A stretch of DNA of 54,002 bases from Gemmatimonadota bacterium (GCA_029262155.1 JAJCZW010000103.1:1-54002); one strand, 5' to 3'. Counted from the stretch's first letter, positions 37,853-46,951 are shown. Notes: generated by a model from the letters alone, not told the origin. Numbers and translations: made by a program.

Positions 37853-38980
37853 GTGAGGGACCATCCAGGACGTGCCATTGTGGCCACACCCGAGCAGTTA
37901 GAGAGCACTTCCGCCGCCGAGCACAAGCAGATGCTCTCCCTCTTGGTGGTTGATGACGAGGGATCGATACGGAGTGCCCTCCGACGCTTCCTGACCCAAC
38001 AGGGATACACCTGCCATGTGGCGGCATCGGGTGAAGAGGCCCTCAAGCTCATTCGGCTTCACAAGATCGCCTGCGTTATCCTCGACGTGCGCCTTCCGGG
38101 CGTCAGTGGGATCGATCTGGTCCCGACGATCCTGGAGGTCGAACCGAATGCGGCTGTCCTCATGTTGACGGCGGTGAACGACGCCACGAGTGCGGCGCTT
38201 TGCATGCAACGGGGTGCCATCGATTATCTCACGAAACCGGTGGACCTGAGCGATCTCGAGCGGGCGATCGAACGTGCGCTTGAGCAGCGTGCCCGACAGA
38301 TCGACGCGGCGCAGATCACTTCCCACCTCAAAGAAGAAGTCGCTATCCGGACAGCGGAGCTCCGGCTGGAACGGGCCAACCTACAGCGTATTTCGGTGGC
38401 CACGCTGGAGGCGTTGGTCAACGCACTTGAGGCGAAGGATCCCTACCTCCGTGGCCATTCGATGCGCGTTGCCGATCTCGCTGCAGCGACGGCCGCCGAG
38501 TTCGGACTGGCCGATGAAGATGTGGCGCTCATCCGGACGGCCGGACGGTTGCATGACATCGGGATGATTGCCATTCGGGAAGACGTGCTCAACAAGCAAG
38601 GGCCACTCACCAATGATGAGTTTGTCCATGTGAAGTCGCATGCGATGACTGGCGCCCAGATCCTCGAGCCGCTTACCCATCTCCGGCCAATCGTCGGGTA
38701 TGTCCGGGGTCACCATGAACGGTGGGACGGCCGGGGCTATCCCGATGGGCTCGCTGGCGAAGCGATTCCGGTGGGCGCGCGCATCATCGGGGCCGTGGAG
38801 ATCTTTGACGCACTCACCACCTCCCGACCCTATCAGGAGAAGATGCCCTCACAGGTTGCAATCGAGCGATTGGGCGACCTCACCGGCACCGTCATCGACC
38901 CCAGTATCCATCGTGCATTGGCCACTGTCGTCGCGCAGTGGGCGGATGATCGTACCCCTACCATGGAGCCGGAAGCCTGA
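37853..38980 (+). CDS. response regulator with HD-GYP domain (c-di-GMP phosphodiesterase type)
   Basis: Receiver LLVVDDEGSIR...CVILDVRLPGVSG...YLTKP. HD-GYP motifs GHSMRVADLA, LHDIGMIAI and HHERWDGRGYPDGL. Start is GTG 37853 or ATG 37931. Confidence 0.85.
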   Translation: MRDHPGRAIVATPEQLESTSAAEHKQMLSLLVVDDEGSIRSALRRFLTQQGYTCHVAASGEEALKLIRLHKIACVILDVRLPGVSGIDLVPTILEVEPNAAVLMLTAVNDATSAALCMQRGAIDYLTKPVDLSDLERAIERALEQRARQIDAAQITSHLKEEVAIRTAELRLERANLQRISVATLEALVNALEAKDPYLRGHSMRVADLAAATAAEFGLADEDVALIRTAGRLHDIGMIAIREDVLNKQGPLTNDEFVHVKSHAMTGAQILEPLTHLRPIVGYVRGHHERWDGRGYPDGLAGEAIPVGARIIGAVEIFDALTTSRPYQEKMPSQVAIERLGDLTGTVIDPSIHRALATVVAQWADDRTPTMEPEA

Positions 38981-39003
38981 GCGAGCCGACGCGGCGCGCC
39001 GGG

Positions 39004-40035
39004 GTGGCCGACCTTGGGGTGTTGATCGTCGATGACGATCCAGTGGTGGCCCGATTAATGACTGGCATCTTGCGCACCGAGGGCTACAGCACGATCACCC
39101 ACGCCGCCACCGCCGCCGAAGCACTCGAGCGATCTGGCACGGCCGACCTCATTCTCCTCGACCATCTCTTACCCGACGCGTCCGGGGTCGACCTCCTTCC
39201 CCGGTTGCAGGCACTCCCTAACCGACCAACGGTCCTGATCGTCACCGCGCACGGCAGCGAGTCACTCGCCGCCACCGCTCTCCGCCAAGGGGCGGATGAC
39301 TATGTCCGGAAGGACGAATCCCTCAAGACGCTTCTCCCGCAGGTGGTGGAACGCGCCCGACGCCGACGGGCACTTCGCGATGCGTTTGTGGCGGCGGAGG
39401 CTGATCTGATGCGGGCCGAACGACTCGCTGCAATCGGCGAAATGACCGTTACCATGCACCATGAGTTGAACAACCCGCTGATGACGGCCATGGCGGAGAT
39501 CGAGTTGCTCCTCACTGGCCCTGACCTGGCGCCACCGACCCGCTCTGGTATCACGACGGTGCGGGAGGCCTTGGATCGGATGCGCACTATCCTCCGCAAA
39601 GCGGGCTCACTTCAGCATCCCGAAAGCATCGCCTACCTCGAGAACCTCCCGATGATTGACGTCCACCGGACGTCAATCGGAGGCCCGTCGTGCGCCTATC
39701 GTGGTCAAGCCTCTGTGTTTGTCGTCGACCCCCAACTCGCTCAGGTGGTCAGTCTCCTGCTCCGGCATGCCGGGTTTACGGTCGGGGTGCTGGGTTCTGA
39801 GCATGATCTCCGCGAGGCGATCAACGCCGACACCGGCCTCCTGGTCGTGGCGGCTTCCACCCTCCTGAACACCCCTGACCTGCACCTCACCGATCGCCGC
39901 CATCTCACCGTCGTTGTGCTGGCCAGTACCGCAGGAGAAGGCGCCGCGGCCAGTCAATCGACTGACTTGGTGATCCAATTCCCCTTTGATCCTGCCACCG
40001 TCGTACAGGACATCGTGAGTGTGATGCGCACCTGA
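39004..40035 (+). CDS. receiver - HisKA/DHp-like - pseudo-receiver protein without HATPase domain
   Basis: Receiver VLIVDDDPVV...LILLDHLLPDASG...VTAHGS...DYVRK. H-box-like RAERLAAIGEMTVTMHHELNNPLMTAMAEIELL. C-terminal receiver-like fold with no acceptor Asp (VFVVDPQ...LLVVAAS). No N/G1/G2 ATP-binding boxes. GTG start. Confidence 0.75.
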   Translation: MADLGVLIVDDDPVVARLMTGILRTEGYSTITHAATAAEALERSGTADLILLDHLLPDASGVDLLPRLQALPNRPTVLIVTAHGSESLAATALRQGADDYVRKDESLKTLLPQVVERARRRRALRDAFVAAEADLMRAERLAAIGEMTVTMHHELNNPLMTAMAEIELLLTGPDLAPPTRSGITTVREALDRMRTILRKAGSLQHPESIAYLENLPMIDVHRTSIGGPSCAYRGQASVFVVDPQLAQVVSLLLRHAGFTVGVLGSEHDLREAINADTGLLVVAASTLLNTPDLHLTDRRHLTVVVLASTAGEGAAASQSTDLVIQFPFDPATVVQDIVSVMRT

Positions 40036-40064
40036 CCCCCGTCTTTCTTTCACGTACCCTGGAG

Positions 40065-40370
40065 GTGTCGATGCGGAAAGAGTTTCTTGAGTTTCTCAAG
40101 AATTACGGCGTGATCGGCCTTGCCATCGCCGTCATCCTTGGCGGCAAGCTCAACGCCCTCGTCAGCGCGCTGGTCGACGGCGTCCTCATGCCCTTCCTCA
40201 CCTTCTTTATCCCCGGGGGGAACTGGCGAACGGCCACCGTTGACATCGGTTCCATCCAATTGACGATCGGCCCGCTATTCGGGGCTCTGATCGACTTCTT
40301 AATCGTTGCATACTTGGTGTTCTGGTTTGCCAAGAAGGTGCTCAAGGAAGACACCGTCGCCAAGAAATGA
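40065..40370 (+). CDS. mscL: large-conductance mechanosensitive channel (short form)
   Basis: MRKEFLEFLKNYGVIGLAIAVILGGKLNALVSALVDGVLMP...LIDFLIVAYLVFWF is collinear with MscL. 101 aa. Confidence 0.85.
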   Translation: MSMRKEFLEFLKNYGVIGLAIAVILGGKLNALVSALVDGVLMPFLTFFIPGGNWRTATVDIGSIQLTIGPLFGALIDFLIVAYLVFWFAKKVLKEDTVAKK

Positions 40371-40376
40371 AAATCC

Positions 40377-40414
40377 GACCCATCGGGACCGGTCATCCGA
40401 TCGGTCCCAGGGTC
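40377..40414. terminator. bidirectional stem-loop between mscL and the convergent acyltransferase gene
   Basis: GACCC-ATC-GGGACCG (40377-40391), loop GTCATCCGAT, then CGGTCCC-A-GGGTC (40402-40414). The flanking AAATGAAAAT supplies a U-run for the minus-strand transcript. Confidence 0.5.
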
Positions 40415-41660
40415 AGGGCGCCGGTTTGTGCGTCAGGTGGTGCGCGACCGAGGCCGCATAGTAGGCTAACAATGGTTGAGCCCCTCGGACGATCCGAATC
40501 TCCCCTCCTACTCGCCGAACCAGATGACGGGCGCGAAGCGTACGAAACGCTCGATCCCACACCTCCTCCACCGTGAGGTCGTCTCGAACGAGTACCACAC
40601 CCTGTCGTTGCAGACGGTTTCGGATGGTGACGAGTTGTGCGTGGACATCGACTAGAAGCATTCCCTCATCCTGACATTGCACGAGCACCAGCGCGACGAG
40701 CGTTATCGGCGTGACAGGGACCAGGACCGCAATGGCATTCATAGCCGTGGTCGCGATACCTTCGATCCCCGGTCGCCGGATCTCACGGCTGGCCTTGAGA
40801 TCGACCTCGGGATGGCGGGCAAGCCAATCGCGGACAGAGATCGGCGGGCCAAAGACAGCCGCGGCCTGACCATAACGACGATACTGTCCACTCAGCACAC
40901 GGATCATGTTATACCCGACGAAACTGACCACGCCAAGGAGTTGCGCGAAACGGTCCGGACGGCGACCGGTCAGCTGTTCGGAGAGGAGCACCCGATCCTC
41001 TAACACCCGATCGTAGTTGAGGGCCACCGGCACCAACCGAACGTCCCCCTCGAACCGGGGATCGGTCAGCGTCGTAACGATCGCATCGAGGAGGCCGAGG
41101 CGAGGTGGCAGGAGTCGGCCAGTCTTGGTGAGGCCACCTTCCGGGAAGATCCCCTGCACCACTGCGTGCCGGGTGATGTATCGTACATAGCTCGCCAAGA
41201 CGCGATGGTAGAGTGGCTCACGGAACCCTCGTCGCACAAAATAGGCTCCGAATCGTCGAAACAGCGGCTCCAAGGGCCAGGTCCGGGCCCACTCCCCAAC
41301 CGCATACGAGATACAGACCGCTCGCCCCAGAACCGCCGTCAACAGCACGTAGTCTGCATTCGATCGGTGGTTGCTGAGGTAGACGATCACGTCGCCCCGG
41401 GAGGACTGCGCAATCGCCCCCTCGTCCCGCATCACGACCGTTGTACGGTACAGGATGCGACTGATCAGCCGTGCGAGTCGGTAGGCCACCGCCGAGAAGG
41501 AAACCAAACTGAACGCCGGAACGATCTCCGCCAGATAGGTCTCCACCTGAGCCCGAGTCGCGACCACGCTCGCCCCGGTGGCCTCCACATGGTCAGAGAT
41601 CGCGTCTGCAATCTCCGGGTCGTGACGGAGAGCCTCTATGGTGTCTTCCCGCGGAAGCAT
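40413..41660 (-). CDS. PlsB/GPAT-family acyltransferase
   Basis: HX4D motif YLSNHRSNADYVLL, FRRFGAYFVRRGF and IFPEGGLTKTGRL. Start trimmed to ATG 41660; an alternative GTG at 41729 lies 4 nt after the M48 stop. The track ORF to 42047 overlaps the M48 gene. Confidence 0.75.
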   Translation of the reverse strand: MLPREDTIEALRHDPEIADAISDHVEATGASVVATRAQVETYLAEIVPAFSLVSFSAVAYRLARLISRILYRTTVVMRDEGAIAQSSRGDVIVYLSNHRSNADYVLLTAVLGRAVCISYAVGEWARTWPLEPLFRRFGAYFVRRGFREPLYHRVLASYVRYITRHAVVQGIFPEGGLTKTGRLLPPRLGLLDAIVTTLTDPRFEGDVRLVPVALNYDRVLEDRVLLSEQLTGRRPDRFAQLLGVVSFVGYNMIRVLSGQYRRYGQAAAVFGPPISVRDWLARHPEVDLKASREIRRPGIEGIATTAMNAIAVLVPVTPITLVALVLVQCQDEGMLLVDVHAQLVTIRNRLQRQGVVLVRDDLTVEEVWDRAFRTLRARHLVRRVGGEIRIVRGAQPLLAYYAASVAHHLTHKPAP

Positions 41661-41733
41661 CTGGTGACGCGAGATCCCATGGCGGACACGGAACAGCAAC
41701 CGCCGGGCCCAGGGCTGAAGCGGGCTCACCCTG

Positions 41734-42705
41734 TCACATCGATTTCGCTGCCCGATATCCCATGGCCTGGAGACGGGCGATGCGGATGCGGATAGGAGGA
41801 TGGGACGCCAGTAAATCCGCCAACCGCCCCTCACGGGCGGCCAACCGTCTTTCACCGGGGTCGACAATGCACAAATGGGCCGCCCCCAGGCTGATCGACC
41901 GGGTCGGCTCCGGCTCCGACTCCAGCTTCTCGAGCGCCCGGGCGAGGGCCAGCGGGTTTCGGGTGAATTGGGCCGCGGTGGCGTCGGCCAGGTACTCCCG
42001 TTTCCGACTGACTGCGAGAGCCAGGATCCGGGAGACCAGGGGGGCAACCAAGAGCGACAACAGCCACAACACCAACACGATGACGCTCAAAGGCGATTGC
42101 CTTCGGCGCCCCCCTCCCCTTCGGGAACCCCGAAGGATGTGACGCAAGGTATCCGACATCAGGGCGATGGCCCCGACCATGGCGGCTAACAGGGTCATCA
42201 GCCGAACATCGAGATTCTGAACGTGGGCCATTTCGTGTGCGACGACTGCCTGGAGCTCATCGCGGTCCAGCATCCGGAGCATCCCGCGGGTCACCGCAAT
42301 GCTTGCCGTCTCGGCGTCGCGCCCGGCCGCGAACGCGTTGGGATCGTCGTCAGGCACAACCCACACCCGTGGTCTTGGAAGGCCGGAGGCGATCGCCATC
42401 TCTTCGACTACGTGGAGCAGCCGGATCTCATTCGGTGTTCCGCCCTCCACCAACTCCACCGCACCGGTCGCACCGAGAACGCGTTGGGCCCCTCGTCGCC
42501 AGGAGTACCACGCGATTCCTCCGGCAGCGCTGGTCGAAAGGAGCCCAATCCACGGGAAGGGGACACCGCCCCCACCAGTGGACAAGGCAAACGCCAGATC
42601 CCCCCCGAAACCGATCCACGCAAAGAAGACAACAAAACCGACAACCAACCAAATCGATCGCCGCCGATTGGCTGCCTGTTGGGAAAAGAGATCCTGTCCG
42701 GTCAC
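41734..42705 (-). CDS. htpX: M48-family zinc metalloprotease (HtpX-like)
   Basis: HEXXH in VVAHEMAHVQNLD, four TM segments, and the downstream glutamate context REYLADATAAQ. 4-nt overlap with LemA. Confidence 0.85.
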   Translation of the reverse strand: MTGQDLFSQQAANRRRSIWLVVGFVVFFAWIGFGGDLAFALSTGGGGVPFPWIGLLSTSAAGGIAWYSWRRGAQRVLGATGAVELVEGGTPNEIRLLHVVEEMAIASGLPRPRVWVVPDDDPNAFAAGRDAETASIAVTRGMLRMLDRDELQAVVAHEMAHVQNLDVRLMTLLAAMVGAIALMSDTLRHILRGSRRGGGRRRQSPLSVIVLVLWLLSLLVAPLVSRILALAVSRKREYLADATAAQFTRNPLALARALEKLESEPEPTRSISLGAAHLCIVDPGERRLAAREGRLADLLASHPPIRIRIARLQAMGYRAAKSM

Positions 42706-43271
42706 GTCCGGGGCGGGGAGGAGAGATCAACCACCGGCGTCTCTCGTGCTTCGGGCTCATCGAGTTCCCACAACTCGGCGCGCGTCGCCTTGGCCAAACC
42801 AACCAAGAGGTTGGTTGGGAACTGCATCTGCTTGGTGTTGTACTGGGTGGCGGTATCGTTGTAGAGCTGACGCGCGAACGCAATCTTATTTTCAGTATTG
42901 GTCAGCTCTTCCTGTAAACCCGCGATGTTCGTCGTTGCCTTCAAATCGGGATACGACTCAGCCAAGGCAAAGAGGCGGCCGAGGGCTTGGGTCAGTTCTC
43001 CCTCGGCGCGGGCCGTCGCGGGGACGCCGGTAGCCGATACCGCCCGGGTACGAGCGGTGACAACCGCCTCCAACGTCGAACGCTCAAAGTCCATCGCGCC
43101 CTTCACGGTATTGACGAGGTTTGGGATCAAGTCGTGCCGAAACTTGAGTTGGACATCGATCTGTTTCCACGCGTTCTCGACCTGATTCTTGAGGGCAATC
43201 AGCCCGTTGTAGGCCCCCACACCCCAGACGAGGGCCACCACAGCGACGACCAACAGCAGAATGAGCCCCAT
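42702..43271 (-). CDS. LemA family protein
   Basis: N-terminal TM segment, then NGLIALKNQVENAWKQIDVQLKFRHDLIPNLV...ARQLYNDTATQYN, typical of LemA. Confidence 0.9.
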   Translation of the reverse strand: MGLILLLVVAVVALVWGVGAYNGLIALKNQVENAWKQIDVQLKFRHDLIPNLVNTVKGAMDFERSTLEAVVTARTRAVSATGVPATARAEGELTQALGRLFALAESYPDLKATTNIAGLQEELTNTENKIAFARQLYNDTATQYNTKQMQFPTNLLVGLAKATRAELWELDEPEARETPVVDLSSPPRT

Positions 43272-43292
43272 GGACCTACCTCCGGATAAAAG

Positions 43293-43955
43293 TCAGCGTT
43301 CCCCACGCGGGGTGATCGACGGTGCGCAATGGAGCAACGTCCGTATCGCCTCTCCAATCGCGCCGGCAAGAGCATGATCGCTCACGACACGGTGAAAGGC
43401 TGGATGCTTCGCGTCCACCAATAACTCTAACCCAGATTCCACCTCAACTCGACGGAGAAGACCTCCGTGACTCCCCTCACCCACGCCTCGATCGGTGAAC
43501 GCAACCGAATCGGTCGATGGCTGTTTTCCTGAAGCTCGGTTCCGAACCATGCCATCGGCAGTGCGCGACGCTGTCGCGATCAGGTCACCGGGTGCTGGCC
43601 AGATGATTGAAAAATCGCTCTCAACCTCTTGAATCAAGCCGACGAGATCAGATGACGCCATCGCTGCGGCGACTCGGCTGAGGTTCCACCCCTGGGTCTG
43701 TTTCGCCTTGACGAAGAGCACATGGACAAGATGTTCAATATCGTATGATGCAGAGCTTCCGCGACCGATCGGAGGAGCGACACACCCCTTGGAGATATAG
43801 AACCGGATCGCCCGATCAGTAGGCATAGAGACCGACCACTCCGTACCGGCCGTCGCCACCTCGAGCAACGACCGTGATGTCCGGGTCAGATCGGCGAGGG
43901 ACATCGGTGGAAGCCCACTATACTGCTCGATGAAGAGGCGCCTTGCATTACCCAT
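43293..43955 (-). CDS. hypothetical protein with MerR-like HTH
   Basis: Start trimmed to ATG 43955; the track ORF to 44255 overlaps the pseudopilin gene. DRAIRFYISKGCVAPPIGRGSSASYDIEHLVHVLFVKAKQTQGWNLSRV resembles the MerR HTH/wing pattern. First gene of the LemA-HtpX string. Confidence 0.5.
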   Translation of the reverse strand: MGNARRLFIEQYSGLPPMSLADLTRTSRSLLEVATAGTEWSVSMPTDRAIRFYISKGCVAPPIGRGSSASYDIEHLVHVLFVKAKQTQGWNLSRVAAAMASSDLVGLIQEVESDFSIIWPAPGDLIATASRTADGMVRNRASGKQPSTDSVAFTDRGVGEGSHGGLLRRVEVESGLELLVDAKHPAFHRVVSDHALAGAIGEAIRTLLHCAPSITPRGER

Positions 43956-44027
43956 CAGGCGTTTGTGTGTAGTGGGGGCGTCACAAACGGGTACCAAGGG
44001 GACAATGGAAGGGGCCATCCTGTTCCA

Positions 44028-44459
44028 ATGCAAGACGGGTTCACGTTGGTCGAATTGATCGTAGGGCTGGTTTTCGCCGGGGTACTGATGCTGATCTCCA
44101 TCCCCCCGGTGGTGAGACTGCGCAACCGGGGCCAGGTTGCGGCCGTCGCCAGCGAGTTGGTACTGGCGGTCCGCCGGGCGCGAGAAGAAGCGTTCACCCG
44201 AAACACCCAGGTCGATGTCCAGTTGACACCGGACAGTCTCTGGATCATCGCCCAAAGCGGACTCACATCAACCCCGGTTTGGTCGACGCCTGGCCCGAGG
44301 GCGCGAGGGGTGCAGCTCGTCGGACCCACCACGGTAATCCGTGTTGCACCTTCAGGCCTCCCGGTCGGCGTAGTCAACGGTACCTGGCGCGTCAGTCGAG
44401 GCGCCGTCCTGCGTCGGGTGGTGATCTCCCGCTACGGTCGCATCCGAATCCTGCCGTGA
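44028..44459 (+). CDS. GspH/FimT-like pseudopilin (type IV pilin N-terminal methylation motif)
   Basis: MQDG/FTLVELIVGLVFAGVLMLISIPP (class III signal with Glu at +5), followed by the GspH-like AAVASELVLAVRRAREEAFTRNTQV. Start trimmed to ATG 44028. Confidence 0.7.
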   Translation: MQDGFTLVELIVGLVFAGVLMLISIPPVVRLRNRGQVAAVASELVLAVRRAREEAFTRNTQVDVQLTPDSLWIIAQSGLTSTPVWSTPGPRARGVQLVGPTTVIRVAPSGLPVGVVNGTWRVSRGAVLRRVVISRYGRIRILP

Positions 44460-44473
44460 GAAGTGGCGCCCTG

Positions 44474-44860
44474 TCAACTCGGAGATTGGGTCGGATCCAC
44501 GAGGTCGTACAGCCGTACTTTGTGCTGGAGTGTCGAGCGTGCAATGCCCAGCAAGCGCGCGGCTTGGCGTTTGTTCCAGCCAGTGGCGTGTAGCGTCCGT
44601 TGGATATGTTCGCGTTCCACTTGCGCCAAGGTCGCGGAGTGACTCTTGGGGCGGAGTGCCGCAAGGGCCTTCAGGTGCAATCCGTCCTGCAAGTCGAGCA
44701 CGATCCAGCGCGTAGTGTGCGATGCGAGATGATCGGTGAGCGCCGAATCGGTTTCGATGATTCGTATCGCATCGTCGCGGTCGAGAAGAACCCGAAGTGA
44801 CTCATCGGCACGAAGGTCGCTGGAGACAACCAGGATTGAAGGTGGGCGGGAATGAGTCAT
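44474..44860 (-). CDS. Fis-type (HTH_8) DNA-binding protein with truncated pseudo-receiver
   Basis: C-terminus LAQVEREHIQRTLHATGWNKRQAARLLGIARSTLQHKVRLYDL. N-terminus ILVVSSD...WIVLDLQDG resembles a receiver but lacks the acidic pair and the distal half. There is no AAA+ domain. Start trimmed to ATG 44860. Confidence 0.65.
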   Translation of the reverse strand: MTHSRPPSILVVSSDLRADESLRVLLDRDDAIRIIETDSALTDHLASHTTRWIVLDLQDGLHLKALAALRPKSHSATLAQVEREHIQRTLHATGWNKRQAARLLGIARSTLQHKVRLYDLVDPTQSPS

Positions 44861-45526
44861 ACGAGGAAAGGTAGCAGATCGGACAGGCGGAACTCGGCGG
44901 CGCGATACCCACACAGCAGGAACGACCGTCCAGCACTAGGCTGCGACGGCCGTCCCACGCACTGATTACCTGAGGTCGGAGCTTACGCTGCCGTTCTTCT
45001 CTGACCTGCCACCGTTTGGCTGCTTCGCCGTTCGGGAGGGCAGGAGCCAGGCCTCAGCTTCCATCCCCAGGCCGGATGGCCATCCCACCTGGTTCATCGG
45101 TGCGGGCGCTGCGTTTCGGATCGGGTCGCGGACCGACCTTCCGCACTGCACCCCGAGGCGCCAGGTCGGGGTGGATGAGACACGCGACTGGCCTCATCTG
45201 CTCGGATCGGCGTGATCACCAGGATCATGAGTGGCTCCCACCGAAAGCGGTCGCCCCCTCCCCTGCGCATCCCTCCGAGCTGAAACACCGGGCGTGTCCG
45301 TCCCCTGAGAAGGCCAGCTACACCAAGTGTTTCACTCACCAAGATACGTCTCGGGAAAAACCTCGCAAGTGCCTGATTTTATTCGGGTTACGGATCTTGA
45401 TGTGGACGGAATGTGCATCGCCAACTGGCCACACGACCGAGGGTTATCCCCCAGAAGACACACGATGTGGAAATGTGAATCCACATGGGAAAGAGTTTTG
45501 AACAATTCGGTGGAGAAAGGCGTGAC

Positions 45527-46144
45527 CTACGACTCGATGCCGACCTCGATGTATCGGTACCCTGGCTCGGCCTCATCAATTCCGGGCGCGAAGAGCGCGC
45601 CGGCGGAGCCAGCGGAGAACCAACCGCCTACCATGTTGCGAGGGCGGTCAAGTTGCTGAACGATGGCACCGAACCAACGGCGGATATGCCTCAGTTCTGG
45701 GGCGCGTCGCCCCAGGAGCGCGAGGAGTGCCCCATGCCCACCGGTGGCTCGAAGGAAATGCGCGAGTGCGTGGGCTCGCTGGGCAAACTCGACCGCCTTC
45801 ACTCCCGGTTGGTCGAAGAGCACGGCGCCTTCGAAGTTGTCCATCTGCGGCGTATCCAACCGTGGCCCAAGAAAGACGAACTGCCCCACCCCTTCGCTCC
45901 GCCGTTCGATCATGGCTGCCGCGGTCTCACTGGTCAATCGCGCTGCGTGAAGGAGATCATCATCGAGGAGAATTCCTACCACACCGGTCCACTCCAAGGT
46001 GGCGAGAGCGCTATCGACCGGACACCCCAGCACGTCGTCGAACGCGATCAGCCGCGGCGACTCTCCGGCCCGCCGGATAAAGTGCGCTAGGGCATCGGCT
46101 CGTTCTCCAATGGTTTGAACCACCATGGTGTCAGGTGTCGTCAT
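45527..46144 (-). CDS. hypothetical protein
   Basis: 205 aa. Its composition and third-position GC look more protein-like than those of the overlapping plus-strand ORF 45485..46090. Divergent from ogt. No family recognised. Confidence 0.5.
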   Translation of the reverse strand: MTTPDTMVVQTIGERADALAHFIRRAGESPRLIAFDDVLGCPVDSALATLEWTGVVGILLDDDLLHAARLTSETAAAMIERRSEGVGQFVFLGPRLDTPQMDNFEGAVLFDQPGVKAVEFAQRAHALAHFLRATGGHGALLALLGRRAPELRHIRRWFGAIVQQLDRPRNMVGGWFSAGSAGALFAPGIDEAEPGYRYIEVGIES

Positions 46145-46223
46145 GGAGGAAGCTTACTCACAAACCGACCGAAGGTGGTAGGGGCAGGTAGCATAGTCGA
46201 GGCGGGCTGATTACGATCATTTC

Positions 46224-46805
46224 ATGCCCTTGGTTACATGGATGGTGTACGAGTCCCCTCTTGGGCCGCTGACCTTGGTCGAAGCGGAGGAGGGACCCCT
46301 CGTGGTGGCTTTCGCCGAAAGAACCCAGGCGACGGAGTGGCCTGATGTTCTGCGTCGTCGGCTCTCGACCCTTCATATCCAGGCCGGACGATGCCCTCGG
46401 TCGACCGGATGGCTCGACGCATACTTTGCGGGATCAAAGCGGGCCATCCCCTATCCGGAGCATCTGTCCCGGTATCTGGAGGTCACCGCCGCCGAGGAAG
46501 TGGTTTGGAGGAGTCTCCTGACGATACCCTTTGGTGCCACGGCATCCTATCGAGGGGTGGGCGCGCGGACCGGACTCCATCCCCGTGCGGTAGGGCGGCT
46601 CACCGGGGCAAACCCAATTGCGATCCTCATTCCCTGCCATCGCATTGTCGGAGCAAATGGCCGATTGGTCGGGTATGGCGGCGGGCTCGACCGGAAGCGA
46701 CAGCTCCTCGATCACGAAATTCGATTTGGGGACGAACTCCTCCGGTCGGAGGAGTGGGAACCGCATGATATTGACAAAACCATGACTGCTCCCGACCTTA
46801 GCTAA
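46224..46805 (+). CDS. ogt: methylated-DNA--protein-cysteine methyltransferase
   Basis: Active site [30 protein letters not shown], and the upstream helix-turn-helix [14 protein letters not shown]. Confidence 0.9.
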   Translation: MPLVTWMVYESPLGPLTLVEAEEGPLVVAFAERTQATEWPDVLRRRLSTLHIQAGRCPRSTGWLDAYFAGSKRAIPYPEHLSRYLEVTAAEEVVWRSLLTIPFGATASYRGVGARTGLHPRAVGRLTGANPIAILIPCHRIVGANGRLVGYGGGLDRKRQLLDHEIRFGDELLRSEEWEPHDIDKTMTAPDLS

Positions 46806-46863
46806 ATCATGCGCGCAAGTGGCTCCACCATGGACATCGATCCACGTTTCCTCGAAGGTCTGC

Positions 46864-46895
46864 CCGCCCGGCCCTACGCCGGACGGTCTTTTTTT
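46864..46895 (+). terminator. intrinsic terminator downstream of ogt
   Basis: Stem CCGCCCGG (46864-46871) / CCGGACGG (46879-46886) with one mismatch and a 7-nt loop. It is followed by TC and a run of seven T (46889-46895). Coordinates were cross-checked against overlapping ORF translations. Confidence 0.65.
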
Positions 46896-46951
46896 GCCCG
46901 GGGCTCCGGGCTTCACGAGTCGCAAGGCTCATTTGCCGTGAGGTTGCAAGA

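Noticed and set aside
41661-42047. N-terminal extension of track ORF 40413..42047
   Set aside because: It is Arg/Ser/Pro/Trp-rich and overlaps the 3' end of the well-supported M48 protease gene in another frame. The acyltransferase homology begins after ATG 41660 (or GTG 41729).
43956-44255. N-terminal extension of track ORF 43293..44255
   Set aside because: It overlaps the opposite-strand pseudopilin gene and has a low-complexity composition. ATG 43955 gives a compact protein that starts before the HTH-like region.
45016-46090. Plus-strand ORFs 45016..45501 and 45485..46090
   Set aside because: Their composition is not protein-like and third-position GC is lower than in confirmed genes. 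The second overlaps the more convincing minus-strand ORF 45527..46144.
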